Positions 18,810 to 52,480 of a DNA stretch of 64,000 bases are shown piece after piece (position 1 is the first letter of the stretch; each line of letters begins with the position of its first letter). The DNA is from the human T2T-CHM13v2.0 reference genome, Homo sapiens. Where the stretch lies: NCBI RefSeq assembly GCF_009914755.1, contig NC_060936.1. One strand, 5' to 3'. Under the pieces are notes generated by a model. It did not search any database. It was not told the DNA's origin and worked only from the letters and a program-made list of their open reading frames with translations. The position numbers and the translations under genes were made by a program.

Positions 18810-20024
18810 TAGTTGGGATTACAGGCACCCACCACCACACCCGGCTAACTTTTGTACGTTTAGTAGAGATGGGGTTTCACCATGTTGGCCAGGCTGGTAT
18901 TTTTTCATTTTTAAAAAAATTTTTTTAGAGATGGGCTCTGCCTGTGTTGCCTAGGCTGATCTCCAACTCCTAGCCTCACGTGATATTCACACCTTGGCCT
19001 CCCCAAAGCACTGGGATTACAGGCATGAGCCACTATGACCGGCCCATCACAATTTTTAAATGCTTAGATTCAGGACTCTAACCATCTTAAATAGTTCAGA
19101 TAAAATTTCTTCTATACTTAGTCTTATTTCTTCTACTCTTAATGATGTTTTAAGATCAGGAGTCAAGGTGCCCAGGAACTCTTGTCCTTCAGCCTAAGTG
19201 ATGAAAACAGCACAGATCTAGGGCTTAAAGTCTTTAGACTGCATAATGAATAGTTATTTAATATTTTAGCAACAGTAATTAATTAGTCATAGGACTGCAT
19301 GGCTGCCACTGCACCATGATGAGGCAGCTGATGAATTAATATTTATAGAACCCCCTCCGGAAAGGAGACCATTTAGTAGGGATTTCTAGAACAGATCAGC
19401 AAGACAAAGAAAATGCCTGGTCAAAAGAACTTTAGGTTGGAAGCTACGAGGAAGAGAATCTGTATCTAGTCTAGACAACACACACATACACACACAAGAC
19501 ATTCATTTATAGGAAGGAAAGATTTATGGCTTATGACTTCTTTTCTTTGGAATCGTCATTTCTACTCTTCTATTCAAGAATGGGGGATCAGGATGGGAAA
19601 AGGAGCAAGAGAAAGTGTTGGCTGGGCAACCCTAAGTTAGAAGCAGAGAAGAAATATGAGGAAAATAGGAAGAATAGCTATGACTAGGTTGGACCTCAGT
19701 TACTCCTGGGAGGCATCTCCCCAAGAGGGAGCAGCAGGCTTGTTGATGGAGATCATCTCCCTCCTGCCCCAGCTGCTGACGTGATACTCGCTAGCCCTGG
19801 CTCAAGCTGGGGCCCCTCTGGGATTTTGCAATATCTCTCCCTTCTGCTGGTTTTCTATACCAGCTGACTGTCTAAAATGACTTCGTAATCCTTCCTGGGT
19901 CCAAAAATATGTGAGTGTGGTGTGAAGATAAGTGGTCCTTGATAAACTTTATTAGAGCTTAAAGGTGGTTTTAGATGAGGCAGCCATGTTAATTTTTAAG
20001 GCCTTTCAAAACACCAAGGAAAAA

Positions 20025-20026
<2 letters not shown>

Positions 20027-20055
<29 letters not shown>
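20027..20055. repeat. (AC)n microsatellite
   Basis: About 14 AC units. Confidence 0.9.
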
Positions 20056-20058
<3 letters not shown>

Positions 20059-20590
20059 CCTATGGGGGAGATTGATTATTTCCGTCTTACTAATTACAGT
20101 CTCAAAGAGGAAACACACACACCTACTCAAAATCTTTTTTCCAAGTGTTCTGGTAGGCCCTGTTCATATTTTTATTTCAAAGAAGATTATTTTGGCTCAT
20201 GGGTGGATCTATGTGGTAACAGGGAAAAGAAATCAGATGAAAGAGATATTTGAAAACGAGGAGGGGGAAATTCTCCTTGGAGCACCACTGAATTGCTAAA
20301 ACTAAAGGACGGGTCTCCACATTGATGAAAAGCCAGAAGATGAAGCAGCATTAAATGCCTTTCTCATTTGAAAAGATCATCAGCAGCAGGGAGCTCTGAA
20401 AGATGCTATGTCCTCCATCGCCACCTTGTGTGCATCACAGGCCTTGCTGCACTGGGATTTGTAGTTCAGACTTGGAAATTTGCTAACATTCGTCTCCTGC
20501 AAAAAAATTAGATTAAGAAAAAGTTGTGGCCGGGCGCGGTGGCTCACGCCTGTAATCCCAGCACTTTGGAAGGCCGAGGCGGGTGGATCA

Positions 20591-20998
<408 letters not shown>

Positions 20999-21001
20999 TT
21001 A

Positions 21002-21106
<105 letters not shown>

Positions 21107-21637
21107 TCAAAAAATAAAAATAAAAATAAAAATAAAAAAGTTGTTAGCACAAAGGAAAAGTGGACAAAAGATATTATTGAAGAGTTTTCACTCAAGGAAA
21201 AGCAAACACTGTACGTTTTTGTTCCTTCAGTATTCATTAAATGCCTACTCTGTGCCAGGCAGAGTTAGGTTTGAGGATCGAGTTCCCAAGGAGACTGGCA
21301 GCTTCCCTTTCTCATGAAAGACAGGGAGGCTGCTTGAAGGAATCATTCCAACGGGGATGAGAAGTCCGGGCACCTAGTCTGGGGGTGAGGTTCCCGGAAG
21401 ATGTTGAGTTTAAAGCTGGTAACTGCTACGTATGAGTTAATGAATGTGAGGATGGTGGGGGAAACTTCAATACTATTATTCACCAAAAAAAGCACATGCA
21501 ATGCAGTGTGGTGTTTGAATCATGGACTGCTTGGATTTGGTCCCAGATCTTTTGCATGTTACCATGAAGAAGTAATTCCACCTACCTGTTTCCCAGTTTT
21601 CTGGGATGATGGTGGTGGTATCTACCTTCATAAGTAA

Positions 21638-22581
<944 letters not shown>

Positions 22582-22686
22582 GAAATGGAGCTATGATTCC
22601 CTGAGATAGGAAGTATTAGGGAAGAAACATGTGGGGAAGGAGGGCAGAGAACCAAGAATTGGAAAGAAAAACAGTTAAAGTCATGA

Positions 22687-23750
<1,064 letters not shown>

Positions 23751-23955
23751 AAAGATTTACATTTTAAAATAAAATAGGCTGGCTGTGGTGGCTCAAGCCT
23801 GTAATCCCAGCACTTTGGGAGGCTGAGGTGGGCGGATCACTTAGGCCAGGAGTTTGAGACCAGCCTGGCCAACATGATGAAACCCCGCCTATACTAAAAA
23901 AAAATACAAAAATTAGCCGGGCATGGTGGCGGACCCCTGTAATCCCAGCTGCTTA

Positions 23956-24144
<189 letters not shown>

Positions 24145-24175
24145 TCAGGCCAGTGCCCATCTTTATATGCATATA

Positions 24176-24193
24176 AAAACATAGATATATAAA

Positions 24194-24228
<35 letters not shown>

Positions 24229-24332
24229 ACATATATATATAAAGACATATATATATAAAGACATATATATATATAAAGACATATATATATGTCTTTTTTC
24301 GTATACTTGTTGGACATTTATATATATATATA
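24176..24332. repeat. Compound AT-rich minisatellite [AAAGAC(AT)n]x5 plus (TA)n
   Basis: Read directly. Confidence 0.9.
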
Positions 24333-24560
24333 TGGGGTAGAAATGCAATTACATTACATGAGAAGTGGTCAAGTCAGGGCTTTTAGGGTATCTGTCATCC
24401 AAATAGTATACATTGTACCCATTATGTAATTTCTCATCATCTACCCCCTAACACCCCCTCATCCTTCTGATCTCCAGTATCTATCATTCTACTCTCTATG
24501 TCCATGTGTACACCTTTTTTAGCACTGACTTAGGAATGAGAACATGCAATGTCTATTTTT
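24333..24560 (-). mobile_element. L1MA-like 3'-end fragment
   Basis: ACATTGTACCCATTATGTAATTTCTCATC...TCTATGTCCATGTG...GAGAACATGC. Confidence 0.6.
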
Positions 24561-25422
24561 CTTTTTTTTTTTTTTTGAGACAAAGTCTCACTCTGTGACC
24601 CAGACCGGAGAGCAGTGGCGCGATCTCGGCTCACCGCAATCTCAGTTCAAGCCATTCTTGTGCCTTAGCCTCCCAAGTAGCTGGAACCACAGGGACATGC
24701 CACCACGCCTGGCTAATATTTTGTATTTTTAGTAGAGACAGGGTTTCACCATGTTGGCCAGGCTAGTCTCGAACTTTTTTTTTGAGACAGAGTTTCGCTC
24801 TGTCGACCAGGCTGGAGTGCAGTGGTGCAATCTTGGCTCACTGAAACATCCATCTCCGGGGTTCAAGCAACTCTCCTGCCTCAGCCTCCCAAGTAGCTGG
24901 GATTACAGGTACATGCCACCACACCCAGCTAATTTTTACATTTTTAGTAGAGATGGGGTTTTACCATGTTGGCCAGGCTGGTCTCAAGCTCCTGACCTCA
25001 GGTGATCTGCCCACCTTGGCCTCCCAAAATGCTGGGATTACAAGTGTGAGCTACTGTGCCTGGCCCACAGATATTTTCTTTCATTGTGTGTGTTGTTGGT
25101 TCATTATCTTGATTATTTCTTTTGCTGTACAGAAGCTTTTTGGTTTAAGTCCTGTTTGTCTGTTTTTGTTGTCTGTGCTTCTGAGATCTTAGGCATACAA
25201 TGCCCATCTTCATCTCAGCAAGCCACCCTGACTGCTTGCAGTTTCTTTAACAATTGTACCATTTTCCTACCTCTAGGCCTTTGCACTTGCTGTTCCCCCT
25301 GCCAGAATGCCCTTCGCCACCTGCTTCACTTGGCAAACTCCTACCTATTCTCCAGTTATCAGCTTCCTCGTAGAGGACATCTGATTCCCCCAAACACAAT
25401 AGGTCCTCCTGTTTCTCAGTCA

Positions 25423-26816
<1,394 letters not shown>

Positions 26817-27376
26817 CCCATTCATAAATGCCTCCAACTGTGGTAGTATAAAGTGAGTTAAAAGTATATACTTTAGGCTGGGTGTAGTGGCTCATGCCTG
26901 TAATCCCAGCACTTTGGGAGGCCAAGACAGGTGGATCACTTGAGGTCAGGAGTTACAGACCAGCCTGGCCAGCATGGTGAAACCCCATCTCTACTAAAAA
27001 TACAAAAACATTAGCTGGGCGGATGAGCACGGTGGCTCACGCCTGTAATCCTAGCACTTTGGAAGGCTGAGGCAGGTGGATCACCGAACATCAGGAGTTT
27101 GAGACCAGCCTGGCCAACATGGTGAAACCCCATCTCTACTAAAAATACAAAACTTAGCCAGACATGGTGGCAGGGCGCCTATGATCCCAGCTACTTGGGA
27201 GGCTGAGGCAGAAGAATCACTTGAACCTGGGAGGCAGAAGTTACAGTAAGCCAAGATTGAGTCACTTCACTCCTGCCTGGGCGAAAGAGCAAACTCTGTC
27301 TCAAAAGAAAGAAAGAAAGAAAAAAAAATTAGCTGGGCATGGTTGGTGTGCACCTGTAATCCCAGCTAGCTACTCA

Positions 27377-27844
<468 letters not shown>

Positions 27845-27868
27845 TCAAAAAAAGAAAGAAAGAAAGAA

Positions 27869-31870
<4,002 letters not shown>

Positions 31871-31964
31871 ATAGGCCAGGCTCAGTGGCTCACGCCTGTA
31901 ATCCCAGCACTTTGGGAGGCCGAGACGGGCGGATCAAAAGGTCAGATCGAGACCATCCTGGCTA

Positions 31965-32420
<456 letters not shown>

Positions 32421-32454
32421 CTACTAAAAATACAAAAATTAGCCAGGCTTATCA

Positions 32455-32871
<417 letters not shown>

Positions 32872-32914
32872 TTAATCTACAGGGTTTTAAAAGTCAGAAG
32901 CAAGTCGACTTCTA

Positions 32915-33124
<210 letters not shown>

Positions 33125-33258
33125 CTACTCAGGAGGCTAAAGCTGAAGGATCACTTGAGCCAGGGCAGTCCAGGATGCAGTGAGCAGTGGTGATGATGCC
33201 ACTGCACTCCAGCCTGGGTGACAGAGTGACATCCTGTCCCAAAATAAAAAATAAATAA

Positions 33259-33613
<355 letters not shown>

Positions 33614-34552
33614 TAAGCCACTGCACCCAGTCAGTATTAGCTAATATTATTTGATCCTTTAAGACATCATAACAGGCTGGGCACGGTGGCTCACGCCCGT
33701 AATCCTAGCACTTTGGGAGGCCAAGACGGGTGGATCACTTGAGGTCAGGAGTTTGAGACCAGCCTGACCAACATGGTGAAACCCCATCTCTACTAAAAAT
33801 ACAAAAAATTAGCTGGGCATGGTTGCTCATGCCTGTAATCCCATCTACTTGGGAGGCTGCGGCAGGGGAATCGCTTGAACCCAGGAGATGGAGTTGCAGT
33901 GAGCTGAGATGGTGCCATGGCACTCCAGCCTGGATGACAGAGCAAGACTCCGTCTCAAAAAAAATAAATGAATAAAGACACCATAACACAAAATGTCACC
34001 TGACATTTAAAGGATAGGTAAAGTGGTTGGCGTCTAAGGCCAGACTGCCTGTAACTGCAGCCTGACATGGCGATTCTTGGGCAACTGATTTACCTGGGGA
34101 GGTGCTCTTAGAAACTACCTGTAAGAGCTGGTCACAGTGGCTCACGCCTGTAATCCCAGCAATTTGGGGGGCCAAGGCGGGTGGATCACTTGAGGTCAGG
34201 AGTTTGAGACCAGCCTGGCCAACATGTTGAAAACCCCTGTCTACTAAATATACAAAAATTAGCCGGGTGTGGTGGTGGTGGTGTGTGCCTGTAGTCTCAG
34301 CTACTTGGGATGTAAGGCAGGAGAATCTCTTGAACCTGGGAGGCAGAGGTTGCAGTGAGCTGGGAACACGCCACTGCACTTCAGCCTGGGCAACAGAGTG
34401 AGACTTCATCTCAAAAAAAAAAAAAAAAAACAAACAAAAAAACAAGAAACAAAAAAAAATCCAGGCCCAGTAGCTCACTCCTGTAATCTCAGCACTTTGG
34501 GAGGCTGAGGCAGGCGGATCACGAGGTCAAGAGATCGAGACCATCCTGGCTA

Positions 34553-35400
<848 letters not shown>

Positions 35401-35627
35401 GTATTCCTTTTTAACTTTTGTATTTATGCACACATTTATATAGTTGTAAAACTAAGCTTATATATTTTTTTCTTTTCTTTATTCTCCCTGGGAGCATAGA
35501 TTCAAGTTGCCATGAATATACACTCCCACGTATACTTTTTTAAAAGTGATATTTTACATAATTTTCTGCAATTTGCTTTTTAAGATAACAATAATCTTTT
35601 GTTATAAAAGCAGTATATGTGCTTTTA

Positions 35628-35970
<343 letters not shown>

Positions 35971-36046
35971 TTATGCCACATTCTATTGGTCAAAAGGGGC
36001 AGAATCTGTTTGATCCCAAATCTTTGAAACAATGCAGAGGCTAGTG

Positions 36047-36650
<604 letters not shown>

Positions 36651-37541
36651 TTTAGAGACAGGGTCTTGCTCTGTTGCCCAGGCTGGAGTGCAGTGGTGCA
36701 ATCACAGCTCACTGAAGACTCGAACTCCCAGGCTCAAGCCATCCTCCCATCTCAGCCTCTCAAGTAGCTGGAACCACAGGTACACGCAGGCTGGGCTTAT
36801 TTATTTTTTGAGACAGAGTTTTGCTCTTGTTGCCCAGGCTGGAGTGCACACATTACAGGTGTGAGCCACTGTGCCTGGCTCAAGTTTTTTTTTTTAATAA
36901 AAATGTTACTTATATAAACATGACATGTCATTTTAAAATATTCTAGCAACTTTTTTTTTTTGAGACAGTCTTGCTCTGTCGCCCAGGCTGGAGTGCAGTG
37001 GTGTGATGTCACTTACTGCAACCTCTGCCTCCCGTCCAAATTCTCCTGCCTCAGCCTCCCGAGTAGCTGGGATTATAGATACCTGCCACCATGTCCAGCT
37101 AATTTTTTTTTGTATTTTTAGTGGAGATGGGGTTTCACCATGTTCGCCAGGCTGGTTTCAAAATCCTGACCTCAGCTGATCAGCCCACTTCGGCCTCCCA
37201 AAGGGCTGGGATTACAGGTTGAGCCATGGCACCCAGCCTTTTTTCACCTTTTTTGGACACAGGGTCTGTCATCCAGGATGGTGTGCAGTGGTGAAATCAC
37301 AGGTCACCACAGCCTGGACCTCCTAGGCTCAAGTGAGCCTCCTGGCCCCACCTCCCAAAATGTGGGGGTTTCAGGTGGAAGCCAGCACACACAGCCCATT
37401 TTTCATTTTCCATTGGCAAAAATCCAAGTTTGATAACCTACCTATAAGAAGATGGGTACTCTGTACATTTCCAGAACAAATAAAGTGGTCTAACACTTGG
37501 GAGTGTTTGGAAGAATCTGCCAAAATTAAAATGCACAAATC

Positions 37542-37712
37542 TGGCAGGGTGTGGTGGCTTATGCCTATAATCCCAATACCTTGAGGTCTAGGCAGGAGGA
37601 TAGCTAGAGCCCAGGAGTTGAACCAGCCCAGGCAATAGGAACTGGGGCCATATGTGATAAACGTGCCCATGAACAGCCACTGCACTGGCCTGGGAAACAA
37701 GAGCACGGCCTC
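37542..37712 (+). mobile_element. Ancient Alu monomer (FAM/FLAM-like)
   Basis: Alu-like 5' part plus 7SL/FAM-type CGTGCCCATGAACAGCCACTGCACT. Confidence 0.5.
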
Positions 37713-38059
37713 ATAATTATTGGGGAGGAGTTGAGAATTGAGCACAGCGGGGAGAAATGGGAGTTTGTTGTCTGAGTAGTCAGCAGTTATTCTCTTCTCT
37801 CATCCATGTACAGTTTAGCACTGACTTCTTCAGGGACGAGTGAGAAAATGCCACCACTTCACAATGGTAGAGGGTGGGTGAAAAAGTTATTAGCCAGGCA
37901 CCAAGAACCAATCTGAAGCCAAGAACAGCAATGCAAAGCCAACAAACTAGCTCTCTTGTAGACACCACTCCCTTCCAATCCCATTCTCTACTAAGGAAAA
38001 CCCCCAGGTGAGCTGGCATGGTCAAACTACACCTTCAGGTAGGTAAGAATTTTTTTTAA

Positions 38060-38107
38060 AAACCAAAAATTAAAAAAAGAGACACAAAATGTAGTCAGCT
38101 ATTTAAT
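38060..38107 (-). terminator. RPL6: RPL6 polyadenylation signal ATTAAA (38107-38102) with downstream GU/U-rich element
   Basis: ATTAAA 16 nt after the stop, then TTTTGTGTCTCTTTTTTT. Confidence 0.85.
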
Positions 38108-38123
38108 TAGGTTCTTAAGACAT

Positions 38124-38276
<153 letters not shown>

Positions 38277-38665
38277 CTAAATAAAGAGAAAATCAAACAT
38301 TTTAAAACAGGCACATACCAAATTACTTGTAGGTCAACTAAGGAGTCCTGTCTCACAAGTACTAATCCCCAAGAATATTTAGAAAACATTAAAGACAATT
38401 TTGACAATCCTTTCCTTGGAATGCTGTGAAACACAACCCATTTTTTAATGTAATAAAAGTAGCTCTTAAGCTTTTGTATACTTTAGGACACATCAAGGAT
38501 AAGTAAGGGCACATTCCCAATACGATGGTAGCAGTTAATTCCCACACAATTCCACCAAACTTTAGGATTCTAAGTTGAGCTCCCAGACTGCCAAAAGAAC
38601 TACTCAATTTAGAAGAATCTGGAATACTAAGTATCTCCCAGCATTCCTCATTATTTAACCTTTCA

Positions 38666-38956
<291 letters not shown>

Positions 38957-39193
38957 TTAGCAAGGAAAAGGGGGAAGAATCATCATCCTGCAATTTAGGT
39001 GACCATTACTTGTTATGTTGCTACACAAAGAAGACCACTTGTCTAACCCACTTGCACACAAGGCAATGAAATGGGCCTCAGACACTTGTGGCAATAAGTG
39101 TCTACCATGTAGGCAGTAGCAAACAAACGTGTATACTGCAAGCATTTAAAAATGGAAGTTTCACAGAACATCACAATCCAAGGATTTTCTTAC

Positions 39194-39242
39194 CAGTCAC
39201 AAGTAATAAGCCACTAGCCAGCTGCTTCAGGAAAACCACCCT
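39194..39242 (-). CDS. RPL6: RPL6 exon 5 (49 nt)
   Basis: TACAG|AGG; RVVFLKQLASGLLLVT(G); CTG|GTAAGA; phase 1 matches exon 6. Confidence 0.96.
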
Positions 39243-39529
39243 CTGTAAGTTAAAAAGAAAATAATTAGTTTTCTGCAATTAAAAACTGACTTCTGAATTC
39301 ATAAAATCACAGGCATCTAAATTTGGGTAAAGGAAATTTCTACATGTATATGTATACAGCTCGGCAGTTCTGGAAGCAACCACAGCAAGCTACTAAGGTA
39401 GTACTCCAGACATAAACACGTTTTTGAGTAAATGAACATGTGTAACATAATCAACAGCAGGAAATGGCTAATAAATCACCATGGATTACACTTCTTATTT
39501 GCAACAACTAAGTTGTATCTTGCAGATCA

Positions 39530-39814
<285 letters not shown>

Positions 39815-41034
39815 TTATTTAAATAAGCCATTCAGATTACTAGAAGCAAGCTATGTCAGCCAAACTTTTGCTACAGCCTTTTTATTTTAAAGTATAATAC
39901 TGTATTTATATGATTCCATTTTCATTTCTGCTAAGTAGACTTGGAAAAGGTCAATTATGCTTCTGCATCCTGTGTGCAAAAAAGGAGACACCATTTAATG
40001 AATGAGATGTGTGCTCAAGCAAAGAAAGCATCAAGCAAGTCACCTTTGCAATCTTGAGCAAAAACTAAACCTCAGAGATTACACGTGTGACATGCCACAT
40101 TTTGCAGATTAGGGATACATGGCTTGTTTTCCAATTCAAGTAAAGTGTGTCCATATCCTAGCCACTTCATCTGATCCTCACAGCAACAAGTCTTACTCCC
40201 ACTTCATCCACAAAGGAAAACAAATTGCATAAAGCCAGACACTAGGACTGGCAGATCATTTATTGCAGAAGTTAGACACCATGCAAGGGCCATTAAAGAC
40301 ATGACTACAAATAACTCACAATAACCTATTTCCAACTATACCATATCATTAGTGCAGTCTCACTTTCACCACAAACATGATCACCTAATGGGAAAACGAG
40401 TTCACAAAACAACTGTCATCTTCCCTCTCATGCAGTAATCTTCAACTGTGAAACTGTATGGTGTTAACTTATTTGGGAATGTTCCCATAATGAAAATTAC
40501 AGAGCAAATCCTGAGATTACATTGGGTCTTGTGTGTGGTAAAGGGGGCCAAGAAACACTGCTCTAGTGGGAAATGTTCTATAGAACAGGCTATGTATTAT
40601 TTCATTTAATCTCCATAAAAACTCTTTGAGGTAAACCCTCATTCCCATCTTATCTTTTTTTGAGATGAAGCCTCCCTCTGTCGCCCAGGCTGGAGTGCAG
40701 TAGTGCAATCTCTGCCTCCCGGGTTCAAGCGATTCTTCTGCCTCAGCCTCCAGAGCAGCTGGGACTACAGGCACGCAACCAGCTAATTTGTATATTTTTA
40801 CTAGAGATGTGGTTTCACCATGTTGGCCAGGCTGGTCTTGAACTCCTGACCTCAGGTGATCTGCTCGCCTCAGCCTCCCAAAGTGCTGGGATTACAGGCA
40901 TTAGCCACCACACTCAGCCTCATTCCCATATTATATGCAAAGGAACAAAGCACAGACGAGTAATTTAAATTACTTAAGATTAACAGTAAATGTTGAAGCC
41001 AAGTTACAAACCCAGAGCCCTTTATTTTCTATCA

Positions 41035-41238
<204 letters not shown>

Positions 41239-41241
41239 CTA

Positions 41242-41556
<315 letters not shown>

Positions 41557-41989
41557 CTAAAAATATTTTTTTGTAGATAAAAAAAGGCATTTCACCAGTC
41601 ATCTCTCTAACAAGACAATAATGAACCTGTACATGAATGGGCTGGGCTCCCCAGACTACAATCCCTCCCCCGGTAAGATACAGGCCTTCCTCTCAAACTC
41701 TACCCATTCTACTCCAACCTTCACTATGACTCATTTGGGGTTTGTCTCCCCAATACACTATAAACTTTTTTTTTGAGAATTTGAAACTACCTCACACCTA
41801 TTAGGTTTTTTGCCAAATACTGAGCGGTCAGAAGTCCGTACAACCATTATTTTTTATTACTGTTTTGCGAATTAGAAAACTTAGATGCAGAATGTGTCCA
41901 CAGGTTAGAAGCACCAAGACCAGAACTTGAAATCCCTTACTTTCAGTACCTTTCGTCTTAACCCTTAAGACCAGTGTCTCTTTTCAAGA

Positions 41990-42600
41990 AACTCGATTTA
42001 GGAATTGCGGACACAAACGGAATCAGCCCAAATTGAGCCAGAGAAAAAGATCGCAAAGACCAAGAGGCGACTTCCGGTCGGGGACGCTGGGAGACGCGAA
42101 ACCTTTTGGCTTCAGTGCGGAACCCCAACGTGGCTGCGACAGGCTCAGTGTCATCCTCTGGAACCCAGGACCAGGAACACAGTGCACGCGCCGTCTCCCC
42201 GCTTCCTCTAACACCCACCAGTCTGCTACGGGTCCCCGAAAGGGCCTCGTTCCCCCAGCCCAAGAGAGTGGCGAAGAACCGGAGGGAGCCACTACGGCAT
42301 TCTACCTCACCCTCTTTGTGCCCTGCCGCAAACCCAAACAACAAAAATGAAGCGTCTGGAAGGCCTCTCAGTTAGCCTTGGACATGTCCGACCCCTGTAG
42401 GTGTCGACTGGATGCCCTCCAGGTTCGGATGGCGAAGGATTGGGAGTCCTGAACTCAAGTCTTGCAGACAGGCCCGCGATTCTTACCTTGCAAGATGGGA
42501 AAGAGAATTAAGGTCCCGGCTTCCGGTCTATAAGCAATCATGGGAAGTGCGAGTCTCACTTCCTTCCGGATCTGGGGCATCATGGGGAATGTAGTATTTC
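41990..42600 (-). promoter_or_regulatory. RPL6 promoter / CpG island with ETS(GABP)-type sites and a TATA-like element
   Basis: Minus strand CCGGAAG 42526-42520, CCGGAAGGAAGTG near 42569-42557, TTATAGA 42533-42527 (about -28 to -22). Confidence 0.75.
42487..42505 (-). other. RPL6: RPL6 exon 1 (non-coding, 5'TOP)
   Basis: Minus strand reads T|CTCTTTCCCATCTTGCAAG|GTAAGA: TCT initiator, pyrimidine tract and strong donor. Splices to give CAAG|ATGGCG. Confidence 0.88.
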
Positions 42601-42628
42601 CCCGTTAAGAAAAAAGTAGTAAATCCTA

Positions 42629-51445
<8,817 letters not shown>

Positions 51446-51529
51446 TACTATCTTTATCTTACAGAAAGAAAAGAATGGAGGAAACCGAGGCTCGGAGACA
51501 GTAGGTAATTTCCCCAAGGTTCCACAGCT

Positions 51530-52480
51530 AATGAGTGGAGCGGCGATTTGTGGAACGAAATGAATGAAATCGATGTGGCAGCGGGCCCGGACGGGTCGGT
51601 GGCGTAGACGCGGAGCGCGCAGCTCACACCTGGCGGCCGCGGTTTCCAGGAGGAAGCAAGGATGCTTTGGACACTGTGCGTGGCGCCTCCGCGGAGCCCC
51701 CGCGCTGCCATTCCCGGCCGTCGCTCGGTCCTCCGCTGACGGGAAGCAGGAAGTGGCGGCGGGCGTCGCGAGCGGTGACATCACGGGGGCGACGGCGGCG
51801 AAGGGCGGGGGCGGAGGAGGAGCGAGCCGGGCCGGGGGGCAGCTGCACAGTCTCCGGGATCCCCAGGCCTGGAGGGGGGTCTGTGCGCGGCCGGCTGGCT
51901 CTGCCCCGCGTCCGGTCCCGAGCGGGCCTCCCTCGGGCCAGCCCGATGTGACCGAGCCCAGCGGAGCCTGAGCAAGGAGCGGGTCCGTCGCGGAGCCGGA
52001 GGGCGGGAGGAACATGACATCGCGGAGGTGAGGAGCCCCGAGGGGCCCGGCGCGGGCCTCGGCCCGGCCACCGCCGCGTTCGGTTAGCCCCGTCCGGAAG
52101 GGGGCGCCCCGGCCGGGCTTCGGGCTCCCGCCCCGGGTCGGGGTTGGGGGCCGGTTCCCTCCTCGTCCCCTCGCCCTCCAGGGGCCGGGGGCCGGCCCCA
52201 CCGCGCCCCCACCCCTCGGGTCCCCATTCATTTCCTGCCTCCCCGAGTTCCGGCTGCGGCAGCCCCGGGGATGCCCGTCAGGCCCGGGGCAGGTAGAGCC
52301 GCCGAGGGAACCACGGGTGCCAGCGGCCAGGCTCAGCGCCGCATTCCTGACCCATTGCCTCATGAGAATTGCCTCATGGTGATTCCGAAATAACCCTGCT
52401 CACTTGGGGAGGCTCCTTGGGACACGAGAGGGGAGTTGCGCGGGGCCGGGCCCCCAGTGGTCTAGTCGTTCTGGCTCACT
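51530..52480. promoter_or_regulatory. PTPN11 promoter CpG island
   Basis: Dense CpG; tandem ETS-type GGAAGCAGGAAGTG (51742-51755), TGACATCA (51776-51783), GC box GGGCGGGG near 51802-51810. Confidence 0.88.
52014..52027 (+). CDS. PTPN11: PTPN11 (SHP2) exon 1 coding part, 14 nt (MTSR+)
   Basis: GGAAC ATG ACA TCG CGG AG|GTGAGG matches the known SHP2 N-terminus MTSRR; GC-rich leader in a CpG island next to RPL6. Confidence 0.93.

Noticed and set aside
24176-24300. CRISPR-like repeat-spacer pattern
   Set aside because: Spacers are simple (AT)n in human DNA; this is a minisatellite.
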